A stretch of 64,000 bases of DNA from Haliotis rufescens (taxonomy: Eukaryota). Below the pieces are notes generated by a model. That model did no database searches and was not told the DNA's origin. It saw nothing but the letters and a program-made list of their open reading frames with translations. Where the stretch lies: the NCBI RefSeq assembly GCF_023055435.1, contig NW_025963791.1:33108001-33172000 (forward strand), read 5' to 3'. The translations under genes were made by a program, and so were the position numbers. Positions 11,316 to 24,797 of the stretch are shown in pieces (position 1 is the first letter of the stretch; the number at the start of each line of letters is the position of its first letter).

Positions 11316-12643
11316 CTACGTGAAGATGATTTCGTGTATCTGACTTTCTTCACACACATACAGTGTGTCATGTCTATCTACATACAATCCCCTTGGATCA
11401 CAGCCAATGTCCTGATGATCTGTGACATAATCCCCTGTCTCTGTCAGCCGTATCACCTTGTTGCTGTCTGCAAGCAGGATGTCTCCTGTTGGAGTAGTTG
11501 AAATACCATGAGGGCTGAGTGCTCTGTCTCCAGTAGGGGCGTATCTCCCCACAACATCCCCCTCTGACGTCAAAGACGTCTTCCCCCGGTCAAAAACAAG
11601 TATGTTGCCCTTACTGTTGACACACATGTAGTAGGGGTAGGGAAACAGTGTCGCGTTGCTGTGTGTAGCAACTGACCTCAGCAGGTGACTGATCATGTCC
11701 AGGATATCAACACAGGCGGACTCAGAACAGTGAGACTGTAGTACCCCTTGCTTGTTGTGATGGTTGGGAGAGCAGCACCAGGTCAGGTGTCACTTCTACT
11801 GTTACAATCTGACGGGATGCAGGGACAGCAACTATCACCTGGTTCTCCTTCAACACTGTGTAACACCCCAGGGACAGTTACCCCGGGAAAGTCTACTTTG
11901 ACATGGTTGATTGTTTCTAGTGAAAGATGTCACACACCCGTTATTATGTCAGTGACTACAACTGTCTGTATACCATTTACAACCAGGACTGTGACGTTAC
12001 GTACAGCAGGCTCCACCCCAACACCCGCCATCTTCCCATCAATCGTGTCAACTCTCACTGGAGACGGCAGACATCGTCCCTCATCCTGGTATGTGACGTC
12101 AATCTTCCCCAGCTGTAGGTCATCTAGGATGTGCTGGACGTTGTCAGTGTCAGGTGTGAACCTGATGTCATCTATTCTCCGTGTGTCTGCTGTGTCTGTG
12201 TCCCTGACATCCCCCAACTCTACAGCCCCGACTCCCAGGCCTGATACGCGTCATACAGGTCCATCTTACAGTCCGATACCAAGGCCTGGTCAATGAACTC
12301 ACAATGTTGTCTGTACATCTGCACATCAATCTCTTCAAGCCTGACATCTGCTTAAAGTTGCTTAGTTTGTTTGTCTGTCATATCCTTGACTTCATTCATC
12401 AGCTGTTTTTCTTTGTGCTTGATTTGACAACTGTTCAGCGTTTTTCATTTCATTGTGTCATCGACACAAGGTACAGGGTATCGTCTTGGACTGTACAGCA
12501 TCTGGTTTGGTTTGGATGTATGCAGTGACACATTTCCTGCAGAATGTGTGATCACACCTCAGTGTACAGGGGTCTGTGTACAGTTCCTGGCAGATCACAC
12601 AAGTGAGGCATTTTCTGACTTTCTCAATCTGGGATGTCGCCAT
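11316..12643 (-). pseudogene. TRIM-B pseudogene (RING fused by deletion to partial coiled coil/NHL)
   Basis: ATG at 12643 MATSQIEKVRKCLTCVIC..; RING stops near 12458. Intron, both B-boxes and part of the coiled coil are missing. The remainder is broken into ORFs 11930..12217 and 11316..11696 by frameshifts and deletions. Confidence 0.9.
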
Positions 12644-14084
12644 CTGTAAAACAAGAAGTGAGATGTCACATAAATCATTAGTTCGTTGCTCTCTGTAATG
12701 GGTCAATTGTGGTTGGCACACACTGAAAATATGTTGTTGAGAGCCACTTCGGACTTACCTTCCGCATCAAGCTGACATGGTATTACTGAAATACTGTTTA
12801 AAGAGGGATAATACCAAACCCATTCACGTGTTGAGTACACCAATTAATATACAAATTGTCGTCACAAATTGTAACAAACCGTTCACATTGATTCGCTCTT
12901 GTGATAAGCGTGCGACAAACAAGGCGTTTTTGAAACGTGGGTTGGGATCTATATCTTTGTTTATACTTATATTTTAGACTAAACCTTTCTCTCATTATTC
13001 TTGAACTCATTCTCGCCTTAAGTTACTGACTCCGCTATCAGAGCAAGCTTGTTGTTTCCACACAATTAAGGATTTACCTTGCAGAGATGAACTAATAATA
13101 AATATATGAATTATTGTGAGAATTTGAGGTCAGGTTTAATTAATACCAATTCAACTCGCAGGTATGATATTGTCGACCTTATTCGAAATGCGCACGTTTT
13201 TCCTGTTAAATTTGTAAATACTTCAAACAGCCGGTGTAAATGAATACATGTGTTAAACCACGCCTTTCTTTGCAGTAAATAGAAACGCCCCCTCTTTCAC
13301 AATACAAGTTAGGTAACTGAACGTTAGTATTCGAGACCCAGACGACAACATATCAGATGTCTTTATTTTGTCAGTTTTACACACACCTGCGCCAACCTGT
13401 CCCTTCCGCATAACCTACAAGCAAGGCAACTGTGAAATCTTGACAAGTGGGCACTCAAAAGCGATCAAAGCTGATTGTTATATCGCAAGATGTTGTGCAC
13501 CGTCGTGTGTGAACATGCATATGTGTGTCAGAACAAGAAGTGACCATGTACCGATTTCACAGTGCTGCCCTTCTTAGAAACCCATCATATTGACTTTGTA
13601 AAGCAACATTGTATGGAATGTCTGCTGTAATAGTATTGAGTGATGATAACGTGCATGACATTGTCAGTCTTCTAATAAAGTCCATCACCGAATATACATA
13701 TCAAAATACAGTTCAACGCACAGTCCATGTTTTGGCCTTGTTTGTACACAGTCAGATGTATTCACAAGGAAGTGTTCAGTATGATACAGAGAAGGGACTG
13801 GGATTGTGTGAGGCCAAAGTCATCAAAGCAACAGTAAAAGAGGTCCCTGACAACCGATCTAAAGTACAGCAGGACGTGGAAACAGTATCGTGGAGACGGA
13901 AATGATTTGATCTCTTTGCATACTGACATTTGTAGTACGTGATGAATCCTGATTCGTTGACACGAACATGCGTGGAGGTCACAGCGAATACCTTGCTCTA
14001 AAATGAGTCTCTGAAATGATTCTGTAAAGGCTTTTATCATTAAGATTCACCTGTGCTGTGGGGTTATTGCGTTTCGTGGCATTA

Positions 14085-14302
14085 TCCGTACAGTATAAGT
14101 GCCTTATCCATGCATTACCCGTATATTATCTGTGCATTATCCGTACAATATCCGTGCACTTTCCGTGAATTATTAGAACAGTATATGTACATTATCTGTG
14201 CATTATCCGCACATAATCCGTACATTATCTGTACATTATCCGTACATTATCCATTCATTATCCGTACAGTATCTGTACATTATCCATACAGTATCCGTAC
14301 AT
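14085..14302 (+). repeat. 11-bp degenerate minisatellite
   Basis: Unit tacattatccg and variants. Confidence 0.85.
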
Positions 14303-15262
14303 TTTACCATTTCTGCCTCTACTTTGAGCAGTGTTTCTGGTAAATCACGGGTCGCTTTAAGGAGGAAAGCCCAAAGTGATGAATGTTTTCCACGGTTTAG
14401 TGTCATCACATCTCTGGGTCTCTTCAGCTTCAACTTCTCTCGCCTCCTATTCAGAATGGTGCAGCTTCCTATTGTCACAGTTTGTATTACGGTGTTTACT
14501 TTCGTTTACATCCAGGTGAAGTTTTGCGTTAGGACTCAGACAAATTATTCATTATGATGTATTTATGATTTGGTTGTTGATTTAGTTATTCTATATGTAC
14601 CTTTTCGACATCAATGTGTATACTTATTTCGACTCAAAATCTTAAAATTCACAAAAGTACATACATTGGTTTCACTTAGATTAGTTTGTGTTCTGATGGA
14701 CGTCAATGCACCAAGTGGCAGGTAACAATGTGGAACGCGTTCCAACAGACAGCCATTTACATTTCAACTTATGCCATGTACCAACACTCTGGTAATGGAG
14801 GGTGAGTGAGTTTGTTTCAACGCTGAATTTCAGTTTCATCATGGCGTGTAAGCTGGAAAGAAGTGGATTAAACTGTACACGTAGTTAGTGAAGCCTTATT
14901 GTCACAATTCTCTCCTTACTCCTATACATCGCTTTCAAGTTTTGAAGGAATGTGACGACCGAAGGAAAACAAATGCCCATCCACACCAGTATAACATGCC
15001 TTACATATCGTATCATATTTGGAGGAACATTGTGAATGCATGTTTTTCTTTTTCTGGGAGAAGGGTTGTCAGCATTAGATCAGGTAAAAGACAGCGTTTC
15101 CGTTGGGAATATTCAGTTAAACCTGCATTCGTCATTTTCGAATTATCGAGTTGATGCATGTTGAGGTTAGTTGGTGTCCTTGTACTATAACTAAAGACTG
15201 TTCTGTACAACTTAACCCGAATTATCACATGAAATAACAAACACTCCTAAATCTCACCAGTC

Positions 15263-15508
15263 TTGATTCACCTCCACTGGATACCGGCCTCAGCAAGGAT
15301 CGAACATAAGATCCTGAGTATCGCCTACCTATGTATTAAAGGCTCAGCTCCATCATATCTTTTGAGCTTAGTAAGGGAATATGTACCATCTAGATACCCC
15401 AGATCGACCAGCGTCTCAATGCTCACCATTCCACCAACATTTGACCACAGACGCTGTTCCTCCACATTTGCTTCTCATTGGAACAATCAACCTCTCACCA
15501 TCAAATAA
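15263..15508 (+). mobile_element. L2/CR1-type LINE ORF2 C-terminal fragment (paralog 58983-59228)
   Basis: LHWIP...RIEHKIL..AY....GSAPSYL..LV..YVPSR..RS resembles the L2 LHWLP..RI..K..AP.YL..P.R.LRS motif. Confidence 0.75.
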
Positions 15509-16132
15509 TACTTGTTCAATCAGACTACTTATTTTTGTAAGTATTGTTTTTGAAAAAAAATCAGTCACACGAAAAACATAACACCATTATAGCCTTATTT
15601 GCTCACGGTTTCATCGTATGTAACAACAAATATAACTGTATGCATTTTCCTCATATCGAATTAGTATTTGGATTCCGAACAGCTCATCACCTATCAATTT
15701 GTTTATCACTTTCCTTTTTGGATTTCCCTCTGGATTGTGAACAACAAGTCTTCTCCCTTTCTCGAAATTTGAAATATCGATGTTGGAAGGATGTACGTTG
15801 AAGTTACTGTAAGTTTCCAAATAAATATTTATATTCAAATTAATTCTTTTCTGTAGGAGTGAATTGGGTTTAGTTTGTCTTTCTCAGAGTCCTCAAAACA
15901 ATGAATACTTTATGTCAATGATTGAAAATACAGAAAATGTTTCAATGATAAATATTACAAAAAAAACAAGCACGAGGCAGGTTGACTGTAGTTAGACAGT
16001 GAGAGTGAAACCCCGTTAATCCAGGTGTCACCATCTGCGCCGGCGGGGACGGGATTTGCAATGAATCTAAACAATTGTAACCATTTACTTTCAAAACATG
16101 GATATCTGGACAATTTGAATCACAGCCACTGA

Positions 16133-16247
16133 GGTGAGGTGAGGTGACGTCGCGTCCAAGATTATTGCACTCATTCAGCGACGTGTGTGTGTGTGCGTGT
16201 CTTGAGTTGTGTTGTGTGTGTGTGTGCTTGCGTGCGTGCGTGCGTGC

Positions 16248-16282
<35 letters not shown>

Positions 16283-16538
16283 CGTGTGTGTGTGTGTGAC
16301 TGTTTGTACCAGTGCAGACTGATGCCGAATTATAGTGGCACACTGATATACCATGCCGCAGTTTAACATGAATACTCACACAATATACTGACTCCGAGCC
16401 GACCAATCCTTAGTTTTAGCTCCTTAATGCCGAGCCCCAGGCAGGGTAACAACAAGAACCATATTTTACCGTCATTTGGTATGACGCGCCCGGGGATCGA
16501 ATTCCAGACGCTCCAGCACCAGACCACAGAAGCGGTCA
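16133..16538 (-). mobile_element. tRNA-derived SINE family 1
   Basis: Reverse complement of the 1713 element with (GAGGT)n tail and TG microsatellite. TSD ca[c/t]agccactga at 16121-16132 and 16539-16550. Confidence 0.85.
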
Positions 16539-16727
16539 CATAGCCACTGAACACAACATCAACAAAGAGTCTTTTTCTTTATATTCTCTGTGTAATGTAA
16601 TGTCTATATATGTAATGTTTGCAAATGCCAAGTGACCAGCATACTGTGGTAAAATCCTAGCACAGAGAAACATATCACCATAACAACTACGGCTATACAT
16701 GCAGGTTGTCTGCCGCTCCTAGGTCGC

Positions 16728-17293
16728 CCTGTGTCAACAGTTTATATCTGGTGAGATAGTGACGCTGTTGCCTATAACAGTATTGTGCATGTGGCTACCA
16801 GCTGTGTCCTGTGTCAGCAATTTAAATCTGGCGTGATAGTGACGCTGTGGCCTATAACAGTATTGTGCATGTTGCTACCAGCTGTGTCCTGTGTCATCAG
16901 TTTATATCTGGAGAGATAGTGACGCTGTCGACTATAACAGTATTGTACATGTGGCTGCTAGCAGTGTCCTGTCTCAACAATTTAAATCTGGTGAGAGAGT
17001 GACGCTGTGGCCTATAACCGTATTGTGCATGTGGCTGCCAGCTGTGTCCTGTGTCAACAATTTAAATCTGGTGAGAGAGTGACGCTGTGGCCTATAACAG
17101 TATTGTGCATGTTGCTACCAGCTGTGCCCTGTGTCATCAGTTTATATCTGGTGAGAGAGTGACGCTGTGGCCTATAACAGTATTGTGCATGTGGCTGCCA
17201 GCTGTGCCCTGTGTCACCAGTTCCTATCTGGTTAGACAGTGAAGCTGTGGCCTAATAATATTTTTTGTGCATGTGGCTGCCAGCTCTGTCCTG
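16728..17293 (+). repeat. 80-bp satellite array (~7 units)
   Basis: Unit tgtcaccagtttatatctggagagatagtgacgctgtggcctataacagtattgtgcatgtggctgccagctgtgtcctg. Confidence 0.95.
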
Positions 17294-17579
17294 CAAGCAA
17301 AAGGATTAAGATCGCCTTGCGGGAGACCCATTGTTGTCGTAAGACAGATAGTGCTGGACGATGATTTGATGGTGGCTGAATATGAAACAAACGAGAAGTG
17401 GTTATTCGATCTTGTTGTTTTTGATACGGTTATCAAAATCGATATTACATGCTTCCCTTTAATAGTACCTCACAACAGGTGACGTGCACATGACCTCTCA
17501 AAGATCCTGTGGATCGTAATTTCAGAGTGAAGCAGGTATTGCCACGATCAGTTTGAGTTGGTTAACAGATACTAGACAT

Positions 17580-17920
17580 TCTCAATAGCGGAACATCACC
17601 ACCACGAGCACCAAAGCACGTCCAGATTTGCCGTCACATCGATGTCGTCAGCCGCCTGATGACGTCATTGGGAATCTGTTGCCGATCGTTTCTTCAGTGC
17701 GAGATCCATACAAACTTCCCCTTGCGACGATAAACCAGAGCACGACCATCATTATATAATAAGTAGAATCTTCCTCAGTAAAAAGCAGCCTCAGCCAGTC
17801 ACATATATGCCAGCGTTGTACTGTCCTTGTCCATTGCCGCTAGGTCGTTGTTGTTCATCGATAAAGGCCATTCCAAGGAAAAGGCGGCAGGCTCGAATAC
17901 CTGTGACACGGATACGTCGT
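17580..17920 (-). mobile_element. Decayed, internally deleted Tc1-family transposase fragment
   Basis: Manual translation gives GIRACR.., QWTRTVQRW..DWLRLLFTEE, NDGRALVYRRKG and IPNDVIRRLTTSM*R....FGARGG. These resemble the Tc1 motifs W..VLFSDES, DGR..V.RR.GE and the C-terminal I..L..SM..R....I.ARGG. Confidence 0.65.
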
Positions 17921-18074
17921 TGTTTAGATGCTTATTTGACATAAAATATTCATGACTGCAATGACAGTAGTATAACCATGCATAATCACAGATTGGTTAC
18001 TTTGATAATGATATCGGACGTTACATCCCAGACCCCCAGGCCTCATTCGCGTCCTACGGGATCATCGTAAATCT

Positions 18075-19000
18075 GATACAAAGGTCAGATGAAACAAGAT
18101 CATCAGGCCAGTCACATACAAAGGTCAATGGAGACAGGATCACCAGGTCAGTCACATACAAAGGTCAATGGAGACAGGATCACCAGGCCAGTCACATACA
18201 AAGGTCAATAGAGAGAGGATCACCAGGTCAGTCACATACAAAGGTCAATATAGACATGATCACCAGGCCAGTCACCTACAAAGGTCAATAGAGACAGGAT
18301 CACCAGCACAGTCACATACAAAGGTCAATAGAGACAGGATCACCAGCACAGTCACATACAAAGGTTAATGGAGACAGGGTCACCGGGCCAGTCACATACA
18401 AAGGTTAATGGAGACAGGATCACCAGCACAGTCACATACAAAAGTCAATGGAGACAGGATCACCAGGCCAGTCACATACAAAGGTTAATGGAGACAGGGT
18501 CACCGTGCCAGTCACATACAAAGGTCAATGGAAACAGGATCACAGCACAGTCCGCTACTAAAATCTTTTCATACAGAGATCAGTAGAGACAGCATCACTG
18601 TAAGTCTGATACAGAATGTGATACAATTGAGATAGGATCACTGTACAGTTTCATTGGAAAACCCTTTCATACAAGGTTGTTGTACAGTCCGATAATACGG
18701 CATTGTCATACAGGATCATCATAGTCCGGTACAAAGGTAAGGTCATACAAAATTGTTGAACAGTCCGATACAAAGGTCAGATGAGACAGTGTCATCATCA
18801 CAGTCTGATACAGAGACCAGTTGAGAAAGGATCACTGTACAGTCTGATTAAAAAATCTTTTCATAGAGGATTATCGTACTGTCTGATAATAAGGCATTGT
18901 CATTCAGGATCATCATACAGTCCAGTGCAAAGGTCAGGTCATAAAGGATCACCGTACAGTCAAGTGCAAAGGTCTGACCATACAGGATCGTAATACAGTT
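18075..19000 (+). repeat. 40-bp minisatellite, degenerating rightwards
   Basis: Unit acaaaggtcaatggagacaggatcaccaggccagtcacat. Confidence 0.92.
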
Positions 19001-20535
19001 AGGTGGATATGCTTTCCTGAGGCAAAAGTAACACCATCGGCAGACGTCAAAGTGTGAGAGTATAGTCCATTGTGTGATGGAGGTGAAGGTTTGTAGAGAA
19101 TGTGGACATGCCAAGGTCAGCTGCGAAAGGTGGAGAACTGTGATCGATGTAGCTTTTAGTGAAAGAATGTCGCCTCATCAGTTTGATGATAAAATATTTT
19201 AAAAAATATAGCCACACGTTAATTTGGGAATTACATTGTGGAAAACTTTCAAATTGAATGGAGGATAGATGAAAAAAAATACGTAGTGTAAAAGTATATG
19301 TGAAATGTATATGAATATTTTTTGTGGTTGTAACTGTTGTACTTGGATACATGACATAGACTGGATGTGTGCTACATGGAGAATTAATCAGGAATAATCA
19401 CATGACATTACACATATTTATTCCTCATATTCAACTTTTTGGAATGTCGAGTTTATGGTTTAGTGTTGTCATCATCTGTTCGCCTAGCCTCAGGGAGGAT
19501 GTCTAGCACAATTACACTTTTGAAAATCTTCAAAGAATAGTTTTTTTCTGAAAGCAGACAATCTGACGGAACCGGAAACATTGACATGATGTCTAGCTAT
19601 TCAAACAGAATCAGATTTGTTCATAATATGCAAGTAAAATAGGAAATTTTTTTTTTTCAAAATAGCTTCAAAGTCCCAAAATGTGTAATGATGTTCGCAA
19701 AACAACTGGTGTGTTTATGAAGGCCCAGAACACGACTTGATTTCTACATGTTATGGAACTGACATTTTATCCAATTGTGGAAAATGTTATTAGTTATTTC
19801 GAAAAGAGAAGATGGTGCACATATTCATCACAATAGTATACTCGATATGGTGATGCATAATACATTCGATTTCTTATCCAGTGCAAAGAACGATGAAATA
19901 CTATTCAAGAAGTAGGTAAGTAATAAAAAAATGTGAACAAGGGTAAACATTCTAACGAAATATCAAGAAATACACAACACATTCAAGTCCACACTTCAAA
20001 CTAATTTATTCATTGGATAAACAACAGTATTAAGATATGAATATTGGGCACATTTCCTATGCAGTCTAACAGAGTTTCTTATTTAAAAGCAATCACATAT
20101 TGTGACATAGTAACTGTAAACAATGAAACATGTACTGGGGATAAACACAATATAGCAATTATTTATAAATGTATCTAAGTACAAACCAAATGTCAAGAAA
20201 ATTACACAAATGTGTAACTGTGTTTTTCCACTCATATTTTTCAGGTATAGTATTGCACCAGTTGGTCAGGATCAACTCCATCACAATAAAGTCTGAAGAA
20301 CTGATAACACTAATTGCAACATTCTGAACTCACTACCTTAAACTGCCCATTATGTTTGTTATTGGCAGTGTTATTTTATGATGAAATAATCGACTTAAGA
20401 CATGACATTTCGAAGGATCGGTTTTCTTGTGTATTTTATCATCCTACAACAAAAAAACAACATGTCTTCCAAATTGAAATGGTTTCTTTTAACCAAGCGA
20501 TACCGATGCTTGAATATATGCAATGATTGATGTGA

Positions 20536-20915
20536 CTACATGAACTTGATTTTGCGTATCTGACTTTCACCACACACATACAGTGTGTCATGCCTATCTA
20601 CATGTATCGCGCAAAGAACACAATGTACGGCCTGTGACGTGGCAACATCTCCGACATACTCCGCTGAATCTGTCAGCTGTATCATCTTCTTGGCTTTCAT
20701 GTCTGCAAGCAGGATGTCTCCTGTGCTGGTAGTTGTGATACCAGCAGGCATACTGAGAGCTCTGTCTCCGGTAGGGGCGTATCTCCACACAACACCCCCC
20801 TCTGGCGTCACACATGTTACAGACTTCTTCTCACAGTCAGACACGAGTATGTTGCCCTTGTTGTTGACACACATGTTGTAGGGCATAGCAAACAATGCAT
20901 CCTTGTTGTGTGTGG
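20536..20915 (-). pseudogene. Duplicated 3' fragment of TRIM-C (last ~125 codons, NHL blades), copy 1
   Basis: ORF 20536..20895 is nearly identical to the TRIM-C C-terminus. Homology stops abruptly at 20915. Confidence 0.85.
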
Positions 20916-21810
20916 TGTCTAGCTATTCAACCAGAATCAGATTTGTTCATAATATGCAAGTAAAATAGGAATTTTTTTTTTTTTAAAATAGCTTCAAAGT
21001 CCGAATATGTGGAAGGATGTTCGCAAAACAACTGGTGTGTTTATGAAGGACTAGAACACGACTTGATTTCTTCATGTCATGGAACTGACATTTTATCCAA
21101 TTGTGGAAAATGTTATTAGTTATTTCGAAAAGAGAAGATGGTGCACATATTCATCACAATAGTATACTCGATGTTGTGATGCAGAATACATTCGATTTCT
21201 TATTCGGTGCAAAGAACGATGAAATACTATTCAAAAAGTAGGTAAATCATAAAAAAATGTGAACAAGGGTAAGCATTCTAACGAAATATCAAGAAATGCA
21301 CAGCACATTCAAGTCAAACTAAGTCTTCAAACTAATTTATACATTGTATGAACAACAGTATTAAGATTTGAATATTGGGCACATTTCCTATGCAGTCTCA
21401 CCTTTAAATAAAAACAGAGTTTCTTATTTAAAAGCAATCACATATTGTATCTAAGTACAAACCAAATGTCAAGAAAATTACACAAATGTGTAACTGTGTT
21501 TTTCCACTCATATATTTCAGGTATAGTATTGCACCTGTTGGTCAGGATCAACTCCATCACAATAAAGTCTGAAGAACTGATCACATTGATTGCAACATTC
21601 TGAACTAACTACCTTAACTGCCCATCATGTTTGTTATTGACAGTGTTATTTTATGATGAAATAATCGACTTAAGACATGACATTTCGAAGGATCGGTTTT
21701 CTTGTGTATTTGATCATCCTACAACAAAAAAACAACATGTCTTCCAAATTGAAATGGTTTCTTTTAACCAAGCGATACCGATGCTTGAATATATGCAATG
21801 ATTGATGTGA

Positions 21811-22190
21811 CTACATGAACTTGATTTTGCGTATCTGACTTTCACCACACACATACAGTGTGTCATGCCTATCTACATGTATCGCGCAAAGAACACAATG
21901 TACGGCCTGTGACGTGGCAACATCTCCGACATACTCCGCTGAATCTGTCAGCTGTATCATCTTCTTGGCTTTCATGTCTGCAAGCAGGATGTCTCCTGTG
22001 CTGGTAGTTGTGATACCAGCAGGCATACTGAGAGCACTGTCTCCGGTAGGGGCGTATCTCCACACAACACCCCCCTCTGGCGTCACACATGTCACAGACT
22101 TCTTCTCACAGTCAGACACGAGTATGTTGCCCTTGTTGTTGACACACATGTTGTAGGGCATAGCAAACAATGCATCCTTGTTGTGTGTGG
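21811..22190 (-). pseudogene. Duplicated 3' fragment of TRIM-C, copy 2
   Basis: ORF 21811..22170 differs from copy 1 by one residue (GDS vs GDR). Same breakpoint, at 22190. Confidence 0.85.
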
Positions 22191-23151
22191 TGTCTAGCTA
22201 TTCAACCAGAATCAGATTTGTTCATAATATGCAAGTAAAATAGGAATTTTTTTTTTTTAAAATAGCTTCAAAGTCCGAATATGTGGAAGGATGTTCGCAA
22301 AACAACTGGTGTGTTTATGAAGGACTAGAACACGACTTGATTTCTTCATGTCATGGAACTGACATTTTATCCAATTGTGGAAAATGTTATTAGTTATTTC
22401 GAAAAGAGAAGATGGTGCACATATTCATCACAATAGTATACTCGATGTTGTGATGCAGAATACATTCGATTTCTTATTCGGTGCAAAGAACGATGAAATA
22501 CTATTCAAGAAGTAGGTAAATAATAAAAAAATGTGAACAAGGGTAAGCATTCTAACGAAATATCAAGAAATGCACAGCACATTCAAGTCAAACTAAGTCT
22601 TCAAACTAATTTATACATTGTATGAACAACAGTATTAAGATATGAATATTGGGCACATTTCCTATGCAGTCTCACCTTTAAATAAAAACAGAGTTTCTTA
22701 TTTAAAAGCAATCACATATTGTGACATATATATAGTACCTGTATACAATGAAACATGTACTGGGCATAAACACAATATAGCCATTATTTATAAATGTATC
22801 TAAGTACAAACCAAATGTCAAGAAAATTACACAAATGTGTAACTGTGTTTTTCCCCTCATATTTTTCAGGTATAGTATTGTACCTGTTGGTCAGGATCAA
22901 CTCCATCACAATAAAGTCTGAAGAACTGATCACATTGATTGCAACATTCTGAACTAACTACCTTAACTGCCCATCATGTTTGTTATTGACAGTGTTATTT
23001 TATGATGAAGTAATCGACTTAAGACATGACATTTCGAAGGATCGGTTTTCTTGTGTATTTGATCATCCTACAACAAAAAAACAACATGTCTTCCAAATTG
23101 AAATCATTTGTTTTAACCAAGCTATACCGATGAATTCAATCATTGATGTGA

Positions 23152-24797
23152 CTACATGAACTTGATTTTGCGTATCTGACTTTCACCACACACATACAGT
23201 GTGTCATGCCTATCTACATGTATCGCGCAAAAAACACAATGTGCGGCCTGTGACGTGGCAACATCTCCGACATACTCCGCTGAATCTGTCAGCTGTATCA
23301 TCTTCTTGGCTTTCATGTCTGCAAGCAGGATGTCTCCTGTGCTGGTAGTTGTGATACCAGCAGGCATACTGAGAGCTCTGTCTCCGGTAGGGGCGTATCT
23401 CCACACAACACCCCCCTCTGGCGTCACACATGTCACAGACTTCTTCTCACAGTCAGACACGAGTATGTTGCCCTTGTTGTTGACACACATGTTGTAGGAC
23501 ATAGCAAACAATGCATCCTTGTTGTGTGTGGTGACTGACCTCAGCACGTATCCCGCCATGTCCAGGATATCGACACAGTCATCAGTACCTGCTGCGAGAG
23601 ATGAAGGACCCAGAACAGCGAGACTTATGTACGTTTTGCTTGTTGTTATGGTCGAGAGAAGCTTCAGGTCTGGGGTCACTTCAACTGTGACAATCTCACG
23701 GGACGCAGCAACAGAAACCAGCACCTGGTTCTCCTTCAACCTTGTTACACAACATAGCAGTTCACCCAGGGGGAGTTTACTATGACATGGCTTCTTTTTT
23801 CTGGTGTAGAAAGATTTCAATGAATTGTTCCCCATGTCACTGACTACAATTGTTTGTATACCGTCTACAAATAGAACTGTGATGTCCTGTAGATCCGGTT
23901 TCCCCTCATCACTCGCCATCCTTCCATCTATCATGTCCACCCGCACTGGAGACGGCAGACATGTACTTTGATCCTGGCGTGTGACGTCAATCTTCCCCAA
24001 CTGAAGCTCATTCAAGATGTACTGAATATTGTGTATGTCAGGCATAAACCTGATGCCATCTATTTCCTGTTTGTCTACTGTGTCTGTGTCCCTGAAATCC
24101 CCCAACTCCACAACCCTCGACTCCCAGGCCTGATACGCATCATACAGGTCCATCTCACAGTCCGATACCAAGGCCTGGTCAATGAACTCACAATGTTGTT
24201 TGGACATCTGCATCTCAATCTCTTCAGATTTAACAACTGCTTTAAGTTGCATAGTTTGTTTGTCTGAAATATCCCTGACTTTATTTATCAGTTGTTTTTT
24301 TTTCTGCTTGATGTTGGCGATGACTCTCTCAACAACAGATTTGATGTGACTTTCTGCTGCTACTTTATTTTTCTCAATTCCGCTAATCTTCTTGTTTGTA
24401 TTCTGAACAATTGTTTGTTTCCTGTGTATATTCTTTGACAATACATTAGCCTTCTCTCTCAAATTGTGGGTCATGGTTGGCAAGATTGACTCTAAGGTAA
24501 CGACAGACTCACATTTCCTATGGTAAATAACACAACATGTCTGACACACAGCTTTGTGGCAGTCTTCACAGACAAGCTTTACAACTTCATCCTTGTGTTC
24601 CCTGCACATGATCTTGCGCCTCCTCTTCACCTTCACCTTCCCGGAAAGGTCACAGATCTCATGGCCATGTGATGCAGGATTTGCACGATGCATCTTGACA
24701 CATCTCTCGCAGAGAGACACTTTACAAATGGAACACCATGAGGCTCCCGGAGTTGTCTCCCCTAACTTCTCACACACAGAGCAACATGAAACGGAAC
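23152..24797 (-). CDS. TRIM-C coding exon 2 (B-box1, B-box2, coiled coil, NHL-like propeller)
   Basis: AG at 24799-24798; open 541-aa ORF 23152..24777. Spliced protein is 647 aa. Most divergent paralog. Confidence 0.92.

Larger units (their letters stand above)
19590..23531. repeat. Tandem triplication, ~1.3-kb unit (TRIM-C 3' CDS + 3' flank)
   Basis: Units 19590-20915, 20916-22190 and 22191-23531 each start tgtctagctattcaa and end ccttgttgtgtgtgg. They differ by small indels and substitutions. Confidence 0.92.

Noticed and set aside
10121-11371. Long ORFs of 334-416 aa
   Set aside because: Artefacts of the N gap and the (GTCTT)n microsatellite. The same applies to ORFs over the other gaps.
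13590-14520. Coding-like stretches with a possible donor near 14306
   Set aside because: No recognisable domain, stops in all plausible frames, and no consistent exon chain.
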